NCBI RefSeq assembly: GCF_009914755.1
Contig: NC_060930.1
Source of the DNA: the human T2T-CHM13v2.0 reference genome, Homo sapiens
Length of the DNA: 64,000 nt
Strand: one strand, 5' to 3'
Below the pieces are notes generated by a model that was not told where the DNA came from, made no database searches, and worked only from the letters and a program-made list of their open reading frames with translations. Position numbers and translations under genes: made by a program. Shown here piece by piece: positions 1 through 14,189 of this stretch; position 1 is the stretch's first letter; each line of letters starts with the position of its first letter.

Positions 1-230
1 TCATAGTTGAATTATTTATGAATGCTGGCCTATACAGCCACCAGCTTTAAAGTACTTTTAAGCATATTATAATTAGCTAAACTGAGCAAGTACTAAGAGC
101 AAAAAAATTAAAACTAACCTAAGCAATTTTCCTTTGGCCACAGCAGTCTACGTTTTGTGCATCAGTTAACTATTTTTTTATGTGTTTTTATAGAACTTTC
201 ACCTTGCTTTGGTAAGATGGGTATAAATAT

Positions 231-464
231 ATATATTTTTAATTTTATTATTATTATACTTTAAGTTTTAGGGTACATGTGCACAACGTGCAGGTTAGTT
301 ACATATGTATACACGTGCCATGTTGGTGTGCTGCACCTATTTACTCGTCATTTAGCATTAGGTATATCTCCTAATGCTATCCCTCCCCCCTCCCCCCACC
401 CCACAACAGACCCCGGTGTGTGATGTTCCCCTTCCTGTGTCCATGTGTTCTCATTGTTCAATTC
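231..464 (-). mobile_element. 5'-truncated L1PA (about L1PA3-L1PA4) 3' UTR fragment, antisense in the OGFRL1 intron, with perfect 16-bp TSD
   Basis: Reverse complement reads GAATTGAACAATGAGAACACATGGACACAGGAAGGGG...GTACCCTAAAACTTAAAGTATAATAATAA (L1 3' end). AGATGGGTATAAATAT flanks both sides (215-230 and 465-480). Confidence 0.95.
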
Positions 465-3049
465 AGATGGGTATAAATATTAATGTTATAAGAAGTAAAA
501 AGCCTTCTTTTTACTTTATTACTTATAATCAATGATATTAAAATGGTAGTTTGTACTAAAACGCTAAAGATATGGGCATAAAGCTTTATATTCCTGACTA
601 GAAGATCCATTAACTCATAACTCAAATTTGACTTATGTAGGGCACTTAAAGCATAGGTATATATACCTCTACCTAAGCAATACAGGTAGCTAGCTCTGGA
701 CAGAGTTTCTAAACACTTATATTACACTGTGAAAGAGCTACATGCCAGCAGCCTATTGACATGAAAGACAGCAATAGTAACAGTAAATCTTTTGAAAGGA
801 TTTGATAGTACCTCATCTTTCATGTACTTAACGACTATCATTTTAGATACCTCAAACTTGTTATTTTTGGTTGGAATAGCAATCTTGCTTAATAAATTTT
901 TATTGAATGAATAAATGATTAACAAAATATGGTCTTCAGCTTAAATCCTCCTTGGAGTTTTGTTATCATATCCTCTGATTTATAGGTGGAAACAGAGTCT
1001 CTTTTTAAGGCTTTAATTAAATGATTTCCAGGGTTGAGGCAGGGGAAGGGAGCCTGAACTAAGTCACTTCTCACTCCTCTGCCCCATCCTTTCTTTCTGC
1101 CACCTATTGTCAGCATAGAGCTTTTCCAGCTGTGAATTAACTGCCTTAGAATCTGCCAGAAAACACTCTGTTTCTTCTCTAGTTTAGTTGCAAAAAATCT
1201 TTACTGACTAGATTTGAACAAATGATAGAGGATTCTATGAAAACGTCTGTTCTATTTTCTTCTTCAATTGGGTCCTTTTCTGACTTATTCTTAAATGTCA
1301 TAACTTATTTGTATTTTAATGTATATGGCATCTTGAGTAGTTTACAGTAGGCAGGGAACTCAATATATTTATAGTAGCTAAGCAGAGGAAAAATATTGAA
1401 TCAAAGTAAAATAAAATAACATTGAGTGAACAAGCGACCTTGACTAAAAGAGGCAAAATATTTTCAGACATGAGAGTACAAATATATGGACCAACCACTA
1501 AGAGGTGTTTTCAATTTTGTTTGTAATCAACTTGGATTACTGAGCCATATTTAGACCCTGGGGAGCCTTTTAACTTTTATTTTTTGTTTCCTGGTTCTCA
1601 CCTTGTATGTCTTCTCTCTTTACCTACCTAGACTTCTTGCAATTTCAACACTATTTGCTACCCTTAACCTCTGTCTGGAACCTCAGCTTCTTTCTTTTTC
1701 CTATAGTGTAACCCTAAGATGGTTTATACACTATAAGGATTTTTGCCACTCTCTTCTATACCATTTAGTCTTTCACTATGACATTTATTACAAATCATAC
1801 TGAAACACCCAATTGCTTTATTTTGTAGTTTTGTTCTGGGATACTCATCATCATTTTTTAACCCAAGTCTTTTTCCTTTTATACTGTTGTGTAAATATTT
1901 TTAATTGGAGCATATATAGATATAGTAAATATGTACAGAAATTTTAACTTCAGCATTCATCTAAGATTGGCTATATAAAATTGAGCTGGTTGCAAATATA
2001 GTAAATTTTGTTTAGTCATAGAGCTCCTCTTTTTTAAAAAAAGAATTCTTCCACCTTTTTATACATCTTTTTCTCATAGATATATGAGGCAGAATTGCCC
2101 AAGGGTTTTGTCAGTAAGTATTTAGAGTATGCAAACTCCATAGGAATGTAACAACTAAGTTGTTCCTGCTGTTAGTGACACATTGTCTTAACTGTACCCA
2201 AATTTGTATTGTCTCAAGAGTGTTACTTCCTATTCAAAAATACAGATGTGTAAAACTGAGACATCTGTGCTGCATTTTACCCTCTGGGCTTCACAGTTGA
2301 ATGTTAAGACAATAATTTTTTAGTAAACATCCAGAAAGATGAAGATGATGAACTGTTGGGCTTAGCTTTTCCAGTGTTTGGTTAGTATGAATCATTAAGG
2401 TTTTTGTTTTGTCCAAAGAAACTTTCTCATTGAAACATAAGACCATGGAACCATACTCTGCCATCCCTTAATTCATCAACATCTTTCTCCCTGCTTCCCA
2501 AGTAATTTGCTAATTATTTCAAAGTAAAATCTTCAAGCATTTTTGGAAGCTAGGACAGGTATATATAATGTTTGCAGAAAGTTCCATGTCTGAGATATAA
2601 AACAGGCTTTAGGAAGTTAGAAATAAGTGATGGTTATTGTTATGTGGCAATATTGGGTAAATAAATACCTGGGCTGTTGACAACACCTATGATTAATACA
2701 TGTGGCTGATGATTCTTTTGGAATTTGACCAGGCATGTGTAATAAAGCAAAGATTGAGCTGAGTGAGTTTGGGGAGTTACATTATGAATTGTGACAAAAT
2801 AGATTTGGAAAACATTCATCCAGTAATGGCATTAGTTTTGTGATAGAGAGGAAAGATGTTAGTGTAATCTGGGGGAAAATGTACCCTTGGAATCAAGACC
2901 ATTAGAAATAAGATTTAAAATTATCAGATAGGGAAAGAGGAGGAAAGAATGACCAGAGATTGAAGAAAATTAGGTTAAGTTGGATAGGTACAAATATGGT
3001 GGTCCCTAATCTCGTATCTTTAAATGATAATACTAATAGTTTTAAATAG

Positions 3050-3255
3050 TATCTAGTACTTATCGAGTTCTATATACCCAGCATGTGTATCATCTCATTT
3101 GATTCTTACAACAGTCCTGTAAGTTGTGGGCACTTTTCCCCATTTTACAGATGAGGATATTGAGACATAGAGAAACATAGTTTCACTTAGCTGCTAAGTT
3201 ACAGAGCCAGGGTGTGAACTCAGGTCTGACTCCAAAGCCCATGCTCTTAACTGTT
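3050..3255 (-). mobile_element. MIR SINE
   Basis: CCCCATTTTACAGATGAGGATATTGAGACATAGAGA and CAGGTCTGACTCCAAAGCCCATGCTCTTAAC match the reverse-complemented MIR core. Ends approximate. Confidence 0.8.
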
Positions 3256-3795
3256 AAACTAAGCTCTGCTAAATAAGTCAGTTTTGTGTCCTTTGTCAGA
3301 ACTGTTTTAGCAAAGTAGAGTAGTTTTTGCCGCCATCCTTATGAGTTGGCTTACGTGGTGGATTTTGCTTATCAGCTGGCACTATAAATTGTACCAGTCA
3401 GCTGTTAGCTAATGTGTTTATGTTTAGCAATGGTTACCTCTGATGAGTACAGTACATTGATGTTGGTGCAAATAAATGCTCTGTTAGATCATTCATCTTC
3501 AGTGTATTTTCAGTAATAAGCAACAATTTGACAGTGGTAATAAATTTAAACCTAAATATTTTTCTAATATGAAGAACTCAACAGACAAGGGAAGTTTATT
3601 TTATACATTTGACTTTCACATAGATTGACATTACATTGTGGCCTAAGGATTTAATACCCTCTGGTTTATTCTTAATGGTATCAAATATGGCATTAGAAAG
3701 TCATTACACAGCATATTTCCATGGCTTACATTTCCATAAAAAATATTTTCCCAATAGTTTTCATTCTCCTGCCTTCCTACACCTGATTTCCCCCA

Positions 3796-3822
3796 CTCAT
3801 TTTATTCAATCCTCTCTTCCAG
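3796..3822 (+). promoter_or_regulatory. OGFRL1: 3' splice site (branch-like CTCAT, polypyrimidine tract, AG) of the OGFRL1 last exon
   Basis: CTCAT-TTTATTCAATCCTCTCTTCCAG|G. The frame opened at 3824 is continuous with the 3932-4486 ORF and gives OGFr-family sequence at once. Confidence 0.9.
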
Positions 3823-4486
3823 GTCCCAGCACAACTATTTAAGAATCACTCGTATTCTTAAAAGCCTTGGTGAGCTTGGATATGAAAGTTTTAAATCTCC
3901 TCTTGTAAAATTTATTCTTCATGAAGCTCTTGTGGAGAATACTATTCCCAATATTAAGCAGAGTGCTCTAGAGTATTTTGTTTATACAATTAGAGACAGA
4001 AGAGAAAGGAGAAAGCTCCTGCGGTTCGCCCAGAAACACTACACGCCTTCAGAGAACTTTATCTGGGGACCGCCTCGAAAAGAACAGTCGGAGGGAAGCA
4101 AAGCCCAGAAAATGTCTTCCCCTCTCGCCTCCAGTCATAACAGTCAAACTTCTATGCACAAAAAAGCCAAGGACTCCAAAAATTCCTCCTCAGCTGTTCA
4201 TTTAAATAGCAAAACAGCTGAAGACAAAAAAGTGGCACCAAAAGAGCCTGTGGAAGAGACAGACAGGCCCAGCCCAGAGCCCAGCAATGAAGCTGCCAAG
4301 CCAAGAAATACAGAGAAGGACAGTAATGCTGAGAACATGAATTCTCAACCTGAGAAAACAGTTACTACTCCCACAGAAAAAAAGGAGAGTGTATCTCCTG
4401 AGAATAACGAAGAAGGTGGAAATGATAACCAAGACAATGAAAATCCTGGAAATACAAATTGCCATGATGTTGTACTAGTACAGTGA
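3823..4486 (+). CDS. OGFRL1: Last coding exon of opioid growth factor receptor-like protein 1 (end of OGFr domain plus low-complexity C-terminal tail)
   Basis: From 3824: SQHNYLRITRILKSLGELGYESFKSPLVKFILHEALVENTIPNIKQSALEYFVYTIRDRRERRKLLRFAQKHYTPSENFIWGP...HDVVLVQ*. This parallels OGFR (HNNLRITRILKSLGELG...RQSALDYF...FVWGP). 220 codons plus stop after a phase-2 acceptor. The GTG at 3932 in the ORF track is an internal Val, not a start. Confidence 0.93.
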
Positions 4487-4685
4487 ATTATCAGAAAACC
4501 CAGAAGCCAGTTTAGGCTAGAGAGGAAAAAACTACTGTATCATTTATCCTAAAGAACAGAGATGAGGTCAATTTCAAATTTTAGCCATCTGTTTGTGATT
4601 TCTGTCATAAGCATTTTGTTGTTTGTTTTTTTATTTTGGATGACAATGAATTGAATATCTAATAAGGAGATTTAAGATAAGACCC

Positions 4686-4691
4686 AATAAA
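4686..4691 (+). terminator. OGFRL1: Proximal polyadenylation signal AATAAA
   Basis: First AATAAA, 200 nt after the stop, with a U/GU-rich tract upstream (TTTTGTTGTTTGTTTTTT) and U/G-rich sequence downstream. Confidence 0.65.
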
Positions 4692-4894
4692 TGAATGTAT
4701 TCTGTAATGCTTTTAGGATGTGAATTTTCAAATTTTGTATATAATAATTACTTTGAGAATATTTTCAGAGTATCTAGAAATTACCATGTAGTATTTGGTA
4801 TACAAAATACATTCTTTTGAGACATTATAGTCTACATGAAGGAAATCAAGAGGATAATTTCATTGGATTGCTACACTTTTACCTGATTTATGGC

Positions 4895-5206
<312 letters not shown>

Positions 5207-5450
5207 GATTAATTTTTTTTTTAACTGTAAGAGTTTGATCTTTTCAAATGTGTTCAGAAACTAATTTGGATTCTTTGATTCTAGTATCTCAACGTGTTTA
5301 TTTTTAGATTCTGATAAGTGAAATGGATGTCCTTGTGGAGCTCTGGCCTCCCCAGCTTATCTATCAGTCCTGCTGTCCTCACCTCTTTGCCTCTTTCCAT
5401 GCTTACCCTTAAGCCACCATCTTTCTCAGCTAGCGTGTGTGTTTCTAGTG

Positions 5451-5757
5451 TAGTTGGCCCTCCATATTCAGGGGTCCAGCATCTCTGGATTCAACCAACC
5501 GCAGATTGAAAATATTTGTTGGAAAAAATGGATGGTTACATCTCTACTAAATATGTGCAGTCCTTTTATTTGTCATTATTCTCTAAACAATACAGTATAA
5601 CAACTATTGACATACCATTTATATTGTATGTATTAGGTATTGTAAGTAATTTAGAGATGATTTAAAGTATTTTACATAAGGGACTTGAGCATTCCTAGAT
5701 TTTGGTAACTGCAGAGGGTCCTGGAACCAACCCCCTACAGATATCAAGGGACCACTA
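5451..5757 (-). mobile_element. MER2 (TcMar-Tigger-derived MITE) with an internal deletion
   Basis: TAGTTGGCCCTCC...GGATTCAACCAACCGC...ACAATACAGTATAACAACTA...AGGGACTTGAGCAT...GGTCCTGGAACCAACCCC...AAGGGACCACTA matches the reverse-complemented MER2 consensus, with degenerate TIRs. Confidence 0.85.
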
Positions 5758-8700
5758 TACACATTAGGATGATCTATATTGAAATCTACATGGAACAGAG
5801 TGGGACTTCTAATTGTATGACTTCAAGATTTTGCTTTGTTTAAATTAATAACTGTTTTCAGAATTAAGTGCTTAAAAACAAATTTGATTGAAAAGTTCAA
5901 GACAAGAATTTTGCTCTCTATGGCTGTTCCATATAAATTTGATGGTTGATTCTGAATGTAAATGACTGAAGAATTAAAAAATAAGAAATTCCTTTTTAAA
6001 AGGCATGCCTCTTGCACTGTGAACAAGACAGTAGTCCCTTAAACCATGAATATGTCAGTGTTCTATGGATTACGAAATTAGTAATGTTGCTTAGCCCAAA
6101 CGTGTTTTTTAAAAAGTATAGTTTTGTACATCTCTAAGTTATCAAACTTCAAAATTGAGAACAAATTTAAAAGTCCATATATGCAACTCTAGTAAGCACT
6201 TAATAGGTTACATAGCACTGGTTAAGAACAATTAATTTTGTTTCTATATTATTACTAATTATTATTACAAATCAAAAAACACTGTGATAAGAACTTCAAA
6301 GCATATATACAAATATAGTTAAAGCAATGAATAGATGAAACATGTCTACTTTATTTCATTTAGAAAGGAATTAACTTTTTTGTTAGGCTTTTAAGAAAAG
6401 TTCTATTCATTTTAATCCCCTAGGGAATTTGTAATATGTCCTACTTCATATCATCTTCTGTTGCCTCTATTGATCCACATTTTCTGCAGTGGATTTCTTG
6501 AAAAGAATCACACTTATAGTATGCCTCTAGAAATATGATTTTACTGCTTTGAAGTTTACATGAAACATGCCAGTTGCTTAACTCTAATTTTTTATATGAA
6601 TCTCAGTAGCACTTTTGTTGTACATTGTGTTCCAATAAGTATAGTATGGAACACTTTCTCATTTTTAGTTCCCATAATATGCCAGTTTTTGCTTTCCTAG
6701 TGTTCTGTGAGTATTAGGATTTGGCAATCTGCTTTTGCATTTCAATTTCTGTTTTACATGCAAGAAAAACATGGACACTCTTATGTGGTGCTTGTAGCTG
6801 TGTCTCCGTAGAGCTCAGTAAATAGTTCTACAGGGTTTAGAGGATGAGAAGCGATTGTCAAATTAGGCTGAATTGTAGAACACAAATAATTTAATTCAAA
6901 ATAACTTACCAATTTTATATACATGATAAAGTATTCAGACAACTTTCTAAATGCATAATAGTAAAAGATTGTGACCAGATATTATGATATTAATAAAGTT
7001 ACCAGATACTAAAATCAATGAATGTAATTTGAATTACTTAGAAATTGTATATTAGAGCCCTTATGAGTAAAAACATTTCATTTAGCAACTTAACTTTTAG
7101 AATATTCTTCCTACTTAGGGATTTTGATTAGATTGTAACATTAAATTCGAGAATATTTAGTCTCAAGAGAAACACTTCCTGGCATCCATCTTAAATAGTG
7201 GCCTTTTCCCACTATGGTGTTTTTAAATGCATATTCATATATAATAGTATGTTTCTTACATTTAATCCCTAAATAACTTAGATAATCATTCAGTGGAGAA
7301 CAAGTAAAAGGATATCATTCCTTTTGGAGATAAACATTGAGTGTCTAGAATTTTTTTCTATTAATGCTTTGTATATTAGTTTTTTAAATAAGATCTATAG
7401 ATATGTATTTATGTGTGTCTTATATATGAAACAGTGCTCTGGGTTTGACTCCTATGTTTTGTAATTTTAAAAACTACGATATGCTTGCAGAAATTCATTG
7501 AGAAGCTGTTATAAAAAATGCAGTGAAGCATGACCAAATAGCTAAAAATATTACTGAATCTTTACAAATATATAATCTTTATTGTTGTACTGTGGAGTGC
7601 AAGGATACTAAATATTGGCTATTGATAAAATACTAACTTGCATTTCATGGCAAATAGATGTTATATCGCTTGATTAGTCTAGAACATTTCTAATATTTTG
7701 TGCTTTCATATATCAAAGGAGATTATGTGAAACTATTTTTAAATACTGTAAAGTGACATATAGTTATAAGATATATTTCTGTACAGTAGAGAAAGAGTTT
7801 ATAACATGAAGAATATTGTACCATTATACATTTTCATTCTCGATCTCATAAGAAATTCAAAAGAATAATGATAGAGGTGAAAATATGTTTACTTTCTCTA
7901 AATCAAGCCTAGTTGTCAACTCAAAAATTATGTTGCATAGTTTTATTTTGAATTTAGGTTTTGGGACTACTTTTTTCCAGCTTCAATGAGAAAATAAAAT
8001 CTACAACTCAGGAGTTACTAGAGAAGTTCTAAGTATTTTTTTGCTAAGTAGTAAAAATATAAACATATGAAAATGCCATAATGCCTGTCATAGTCATTGT
8101 TTCATATTTTGTCATATAAAATCACCTACCCTGCTTCTAGTTTTATACTTTAATCTGAGTGAAAGTATGATGTGGTGGAAAGAAAAAACAGTACAGTATT
8201 ACATCTGAGTTAGTCTTTGAAAAATCATAGTAGTAAATGAACCTCAACACTGAGTGGTCAAAAATTGGGTTAACCAATGGGGGGAGAATATTTGGTTAAT
8301 TGTTTTAATATTAAATTTTCAAGTTTATAATAGAGTTATGGTTGAGTAGTCATCCATACTGAGTAATCACGCATTTTTTAAACTATAATTGAGGCTCTTC
8401 TAAAGCTTTGTTTTCTAATCTAAGATACAAAGGATATTCTTGATCTTGCTTGATTGTAACTACATCTACCAGTCTTTAATGTCTGTTTGGGGTGAGTGGC
8501 GAGCCTCTGTTGTAGGAATGTTTTTGAAGATTTCTATTTTGTTTTCCACTTAGGAAATTCCCCTCTCTCATTTGGGGTATATGCGTTGAGTATAAGGTAG
8601 GCTGTATTTAGACACACTAGAATCATTAAATGTAGGTGAAGTTGTAGAGAAAAATGGCCTGGGTCAATGTAGGATCTAGAAAATTAGGAGTGTACATTTG

Positions 8701-11288
8701 CTGGCTTCTTTTTGAGTTTTGTACTGTTTATTACAGGAACATATTTGTGTGGCTAATCTCTAGGGTGACAGTGAGTACTACCCTGCTCCTTCTGCATTCT
8801 AGTTATCCAACACACCCAGCAGATTGTGTTCAGGGACAGAATGTGTTTTTAGAAATCCCTTATTATTGAAATGAATAATAATATAGCTATAAATATGAAT
8901 GTCTGGAGGTATCCAGATGTGCCTTAACAAATGTAAATGGTTTTCATTCAGAAGTTTACATTTTTATTACATTATAAAATCTCATCATTGGGAACTTTCT
9001 AAACCATGAATATCAGTTCTTTTAATGAAATTTAGGTGGTGCTTTATCATTTTGGAGAAGTTGCTGTTTGGGACAATAGCATCAGTTTATCAAGAAGTGT
9101 ACTCACCATGATATTCAACAATGTGTTACATTTGACAAAAAGTGTTTAGAGTAAGAAAGACTAACTATACTGTCTGTTATATTTATTTATGCTTTTTGTA
9201 GTTTAGCTACATACTATAATTTTCATTTTAAACGTTCCTTAGTTACTACAAATAATATTTATGTTTTGCTTCTTCTTAGATGTAGGCGGATGCAGAAATA
9301 GAATTATGTTAGAGAAATTATTAAAAGTTTAATTCCAGTAGGCAGTTGGAGAAATCTGAAACTAATTTGAAAAACTTTTATGCTGTAGTCTCATTAGAAT
9401 CATTTTAAAAGCACTGTTCTTGCATTTTTCCTAGACTACAGAGAGTGTTCTTTGTCATTTTTTTTCCTATTCTGTTGTGAAGTTTATTGTTTCAGTTATT
9501 TGAGGGAAATAACCTCTTAATATGTTTATTTTCCTGAACTAAAGTTTTCATGTAGAGAATACAATTAAATGTTTTGTGTTATGACCCAAACTGGCTGGAA
9601 GTAGAGTTCAGAGAGGGAGAAGGGACAAGAATCAGTGTGGGCATCTCAGGAAAGTGGCGCCAGTGCTGGGCTCCAGCCTTCTCCACTGGCATGATGGGTC
9701 CTCAGATTCTCCTCTGGATAATGAGGGTGTTGGGCACTGTGAGCTCTGACTTCTGGGGAGGATAGGCCATCATGGACTCCATACACAATTTTGATGGGTA
9801 TCAGTTCTCATAAAATACCTGCTACAATTTATTTATTTTGTAGTTGTTTAGAAAACTGTGAGCAGTTGGGCATTAGTAAATTGTAGTTATATCTTAACGA
9901 TCTTGGGAATCATTGAAATATGAGTTTTTTTCCCTCACTCCTATTTATTTAATTAAAAAATTAGGGAAGTTGTTCATTCACAGCTGTATATTAATATAAA
10001 ATCTCTTTATAAAATGATTCAGAGAAAAGGCAGTAGTGGTCACTTACTGTGCTAAAATACCTTTTTTTCTAAAAATATTTAAGCTTTAGGGTTTGTCATA
10101 GTTTTACTTTTTAAATTATACTTTGTGTAACAATTTACGTTAACTAGAAAAATTAGATATATAATAAGTTTTGGTACTAAGAAACATTTACATTCTACAC
10201 TCATTAGTCAAATGAACTTTTCTTTCCCAGTGCTAACAGATTTTGTTTCATGTGAAGAAAAATAAAATACAAATGAAATAAAAGTCTAGAAACAGCAACA
10301 GGAAACTCACCACAGAAATAAAGACATAACCCTTGATAAGTTTGTGTAAGTGCCAGAATTATTGGAAGCAGGTGACGAATGATTAAGAAAAGCTTTATTG
10401 TGGGGACATGCTTTAAGAATCAGCTCTGTATTTGTGCCAAGGAGATCAGGTATTGGTGTGCAAACAGATCCCATTAATACTCTGATTTGAACCATGAATT
10501 CCACCTACTCTGCGTTGAAGCCCTCCAGTAGACTGATAGATGTAATCAAATGATCAGCTACCAAGTTTAATTCCTTTGCCTGTGTGCAGCAACAGTTGGT
10601 AGTTTTACAAGTTAAGTTGATGGTCTGGCTGCAGATAAGAGAAAGACTCAGTGATAGGTGGTTTGTGAGTGAAGTAACTTCCACACTGTCAAGAGTTGAC
10701 AGCATATTAATTGTGTGGCATTATAATTGTGAGAAACAAATGAGAGCAAAATGTTAGGTCCTTTGACAAGCATTTTCCTCCTGTTTTTAAAAAGGGCTTT
10801 AAGTTGTTTCCTATGTAAGGTAATCTTTCTTTTTTAGTATTATCTAAGAAGGATGGTAGATTATGTCATTTTGGAAACTATTGTGTCCCTTGTATTTTAA
10901 ATATTTCAGGAAAATGCCTACGATTGTTACAAAGATGTGTGTTTTACTTATAACATAAGCTCTGATTCTCCAGTGGCCACTGGGCCTTCTCTGTGCTCTG
11001 TATTCAACTGCAGTATGAATTACAGAATGCTGTGCATGTTCGTTAGTACCAATACCATGTGTATGTGGTAGAAGTTGTAACCAGTTTCTGGATCTGTATG
11101 GTACTATAAAATACTTATTTTATAATTCTGTAACCGTATGGCAGTGTTATGCCAAAAATGTATAAAGAGCAATAGTTTTTGTTGCTTACTGCTGTATTTT
11201 AAAATATTGTTTCTAAAATAATAGAGTTAGAGTTCCTTTTGAGTAATTATTTTTAAGAACTATTGCCAAATATACATCCTGTAAAACT

Positions 11289-11294
11289 AATAAA
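11289..11294 (+). terminator. OGFRL1: Distal polyadenylation signal AATAAA
   Basis: Eight TGTA (CFIm-type) motifs in the ~290 nt upstream (10999, 11060, 11076, 11095, 11129, 11159, 11193, 11280) and U/GU-rich sequence downstream. Confidence 0.65.
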
Positions 11295-12949
11295 AGCCAC
11301 TCCATCTTAGATAACATTTTAGCATTGTGCTAGAGTACATTATGGTGATTTTGCACGATTAAAATATTTTTAAAGAACTAGAAAAAATGACTTGCTGTTT
11401 TCCTGTCATTAAGCATGTATTTTTTATGATTAACACATAAGACTAACATTATTTTCTTTTATCCTCAAAAATAAATATTGTGAAGGGTGAATCATATATA
11501 TGAAGTTATTTTTATTGTGAGATTCTACAGAACAGATCACATATGTAAATACTTGGATGTTTATTGTTATCTCTTTGTGTAATGCAGAGTTTTAAAAGTA
11601 TTTTTCTTACAGATGAATGAATATGAATAGCTAATGAAGGTGAAAGATGTTTTTCACTTAGGCGGGCTAATATTTAAGTAGTCAAGTTTTTGATTAAGAA
11701 AAATTGAAATTGCAAGATGAAAGTGAGGAGGTTGCTCTAAGAATCACAGGACAATGTAGACAAAAATGAGGAAAAGCATAACATTTGAGCTTGGCTGCAT
11801 TCTATATAAGCAGGGAAAGAGGATGAAAGAACTAAGAATAAGTTGTAGTAAGAGTGAAGTTAGATTGTGCATAACTGAGAAAATGATAGCAAATAACAGC
11901 CTCAGTGGTGAATGAGCGTGATTTTAACTTCAGCCTTTTGTATGAATGGTTTAGTAGAGAGAGAAGTGCACACATGCAGTCATTTTCATAAGGGAAGAAT
12001 GAATACATTCTGGTAACAGAAAATACGATTTTCTTTTCCCCACAGATTGAATGTGTGAAGGTATTGTAAAATCTGAAGAAAACAAAGATTCTTAGGATAG
12101 TAATAAATGCAGGACTGAGTCTGCACTTCTGCAAGAATGTAAATTTTAATATGGGAGAGATTTTGGGAAAAGATTCATAACATTTTCCTTATTTTAATTC
12201 TAAAGTGGATGCAAAACAGACAAGCTGGTATTTCAAGCATGGAGGGAAATCCCAGCCTGGATAAAAATGATGACAGGCAGTTTGGCTTCTTGTGGGCGAT
12301 TTTAGGCTTTGGCAACGGTGACTGAATGAGTTGTCAGACTAATATGGGGAACAAGTAAAGATTACCCTGCTCTTAGGATTATCCCCATGAATATGTAGGA
12401 TTAATTGGAAGAGGATTTTAAAATAGGATACTAAAGAGACAGATTTGAGAGTCAGCATGGATTCAACTTAACTATTCAGGAAAACTGGGTTTATTAATTT
12501 TGCTACAGTAGTTAACATTCTTCTATTTTTTACAGCTTTATTGCATATTCAACACTACCAAATATACAAATATTTTCTCCTCAAATGGTATTATTGAAAT
12601 AATAACTAGTTATTATTGAAATAGCTAGTTTTATCTACTCTCAGCTTTGGAAAAGAAAGAGGTTACAAGAAGAATGAATAAACAAAGGATAAGTGGTAGA
12701 CAAGGTGAACCAAATGAGATCTGACAACTCACCTTAGAACACGGAGGTTGTTTGACATCTTTAAATGGATGATTTAACTGTTGTGAGGAAGAGAAGTTCA
12801 AGAAAAAGCCCTGAAGGGAAAAAAAAGTAAGGGCAGAGAGACATTTTGTTGAATGGGGAGAGAGCAGGCTTTGAAGCCAGATGGACTTTGGTACAAGTGG
12901 CAACATCATCAGTTATAATTGACTGTGTGGTATTGGGGAAGGAGTGTAA

Positions 12950-13075
12950 ATTCTCAGGGTGTCTGGTCTCTTGTTGGTAATAATACCTGCTTTGTGAGTT
13001 TCTTGGAAGGATTGGAGAGAGGGTAGGTGAAATGCCAGGAACATATTCCAGACACTCATTAATAGTAGCTGCTGG
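12950..13075 (+). mobile_element. MIR fragment
   Basis: TAATAATACCTGCTTTGTGAG...GGAAGGATT...ATGCCAGGAACATA...CACTCATTAATAGTAGCT resembles the MIR 3' half. Confidence 0.55.
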
Positions 13076-13801
13076 GGCTCTAGAAAAAACAAAACAAAAC
13101 AAAAAACAAGAAGATGCTTAGTTATGACAGGTCTTGTGTAGCACTTATTTTAATGAAAACCAATCTAATCTAATGGATGTTAACCAGGTTTATAGGTCGA
13201 AACAAATACTGTAAGTTTTACTTTTAATTTTAATATAGTTTTACTAAAAAAGCTAGCAGGTATGGAATTAATGATTTTAGATTAGATACACTGATATTGA
13301 CAGGACAGAACATTTCCCTCACCGTGAATGTAATGAATGTACAAAACAGCCCTTTGTTGCTCCCTTAATAATTTTTTGAAACGGTTTCTTCTCTTCCAAG
13401 AAAAGAGCTGGAGTGTGAGACAGAGGTGAAGCCTTTCAATCAGATGACCTTAGTTTATTTTTAGTACACTATCAGTTTGATTCTTATTGAAAGCTGGAAA
13501 TTTTACTTTCTAATCCTCCAAATAGATATGTACTTCATATCTTAGTGGGAGGCCACTTAAAGTTAACACTATTTAAAAATGTGTATGTAATTAATTCTAT
13601 GAACATGGTGGCCTAATTGCGATTATTTTCTTACAACTGGAGTTAGAAGAATGAAGAATTTTGTGCTAAAGAAACATTCACCTTTCAAAATTCAAAATTA
13701 TAGATATTATAATACTGTGACATTAAAATGGGGCCTACTGGAAGTCCTGGGTCATTGTCTTGTTCAGCTGTTTATCCCCTCAAAGCACCACCCCTGTACT
13801 A

Positions 13802-14189
<388 letters not shown>

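Noticed and set aside
2323-2332. GTAAACATCC, a 10-nt match to mature miR-30
   Set aside because: Lacks the first U, the rest of the mature sequence and a complementary arm. I found no miR-30 hairpin on either strand of the window.
3978-4465. Alternative-frame ORF 3978-4205 (+) and antisense ORF 4202-4465 (-) overlapping the OGFRL1 exon
   Set aside because: By-products of the real exon's composition. The + ORF starts at TTG and neither has a recognisable domain or splice support.
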